Shown: piece by piece, positions 16,967-17,434 of the stretch
How positions within the stretch are numbered: the stretch's first letter is position 1
Layout: every line of letters begins with the position of its first letter
UHGV virus genome: UHGV-1770886
Reading direction: 5' to 3' (one strand)
DNA from: a virus
DNA length: 17,434 bases
The notes under the pieces: model-generated
The model's database searches: none
Told to the model about the DNA's origin: nothing
What the model saw: only the letters and a program-made list of their open reading frames with translations
Made by a program: the position numbers and the translations under genes

Positions 16967-16993
16967 ACCCCGTCTCCCGTTATCCGGAAGCTG

Positions 16994-17032
16994 AAAACAA
17001 TAAAAAAGCCACCAGTTAACTACTGATGGCTC
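16994..17032 (-). terminator. rho-independent terminator immediately upstream of the holin (tR'-like late terminator)
   Basis: Minus-strand AGCCATCAG-TAGTTAA-CTGGTGGCT (9-bp stem including one G.U, 7-nt loop) followed by TTTTTTATTGTTTT, about 30 nt before the holin SD. Confidence 0.6.
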
Positions 17033-17234
17033 TGATAACTCATGCAAGCGTCTCAGACGACCCACTGACACTACCGGTGAGTTTAACGATACCTTCCATT
17101 TGACTGGCTCACTTTTTATGATGATGCCGGTGCATTTATCTCCAGCGCCAGACTTTCTATCTCAACGCCATACGTTACATTTTTGGTAATATCCATCAGC
17201 GTCAGTGCATTTAGTCCCACTGCCAGACTGTCTT

Positions 17235-17434
17235 TTATGGCCTGGAATGCCGGGCCAGTACGATGACGTAGTACCAATCCGGCTCAGTTGCACCACTGAC
17301 CACCACATCACCTTCTGCTGCAATCGCCTGCATCAGGGTATAAGGGGTTATGGCCACCGGACTACCAAACGGCTGCCAGCCCTCCTTCAGTTTTTGTGTC
17401 AGTCGTTTCGCAAGGTCTGACGGCGATGCCGCCC
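17235..17434 (-). CDS. C-terminal fragment of an upstream ORF (start beyond window); possibly the late antiterminator Q or a small conserved pre-lysis protein
   Basis: Open minus-strand frame from the window edge to TAA at 17237..17235: ...LAKRLTQKLKEGWQPFGSPVAITPYTLMQAIAAEGDVVVSGATEPDWYYVIVLARHSRP. Looks more protein-like than the overlapping plus ORF 17205..17420. Ends ~200 nt upstream of the tR'-like hairpin. Confidence 0.35.
   Translation of the reverse strand, partial: AASPSDLAKRLTQKLKEGWQPFGSPVAITPYTLMQAIAAEGDVVVSGATEPDWYYVIVLARHSRP

Noticed and set aside
16751-17071. 106-aa N-terminally extended version of the holin ORF
   Set aside because: The extension would be translated across the tR'-like terminator hairpin. 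The internal ATG at 16966 has a good SD and gives the 71-aa S21-like dual-start protein.
17205-17420. 71-aa plus-strand ORF near the window end
   Set aside because: Translation is Cys/Trp/His-rich and unprotein-like. The minus-strand frame over the same interval reads as a plausible conserved protein C-terminus in the expected orientation.

Overview
This window is a contiguous ~17.4 kb slice of a lambda-like (cos-type) prophage, most likely from an Enterobacteriaceae/E. coli-like host, with essentially every gene on the minus strand. Reading 17434 to 1 in phage order: a partial upstream ORF, a tR'-like terminator, a lysis cassette (S21-type dual-start pinholin, YdfR-like ORF, SAR endolysin, Rz with embedded Rz1), an AT-rich cargo island (CspA-family cold-shock gene, 76-aa ORF, GnsA/GnsB-like gene, 68-aa ORF), a lambda-type cos site, terminase small and large subunits, gpW, portal, a single long ClpP-like protease/capsid ORF, a small DUF2190-like head gene, FII, Z, U, V, G with a -1 frameshift into T, the tape measure H and the first codons of M. 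No tRNA, rRNA, CRISPR array, integrase or IS element was found. All homology calls rest on reading the translations and on recalled lambda/P21/E. coli K-12 sequences, with no database search run. The most likely undescribed elements are an AT-rich opposite-strand ORF inserted inside the lysis cassette (16196..16435, +) and the small-ORF pair in the csp/gns island.
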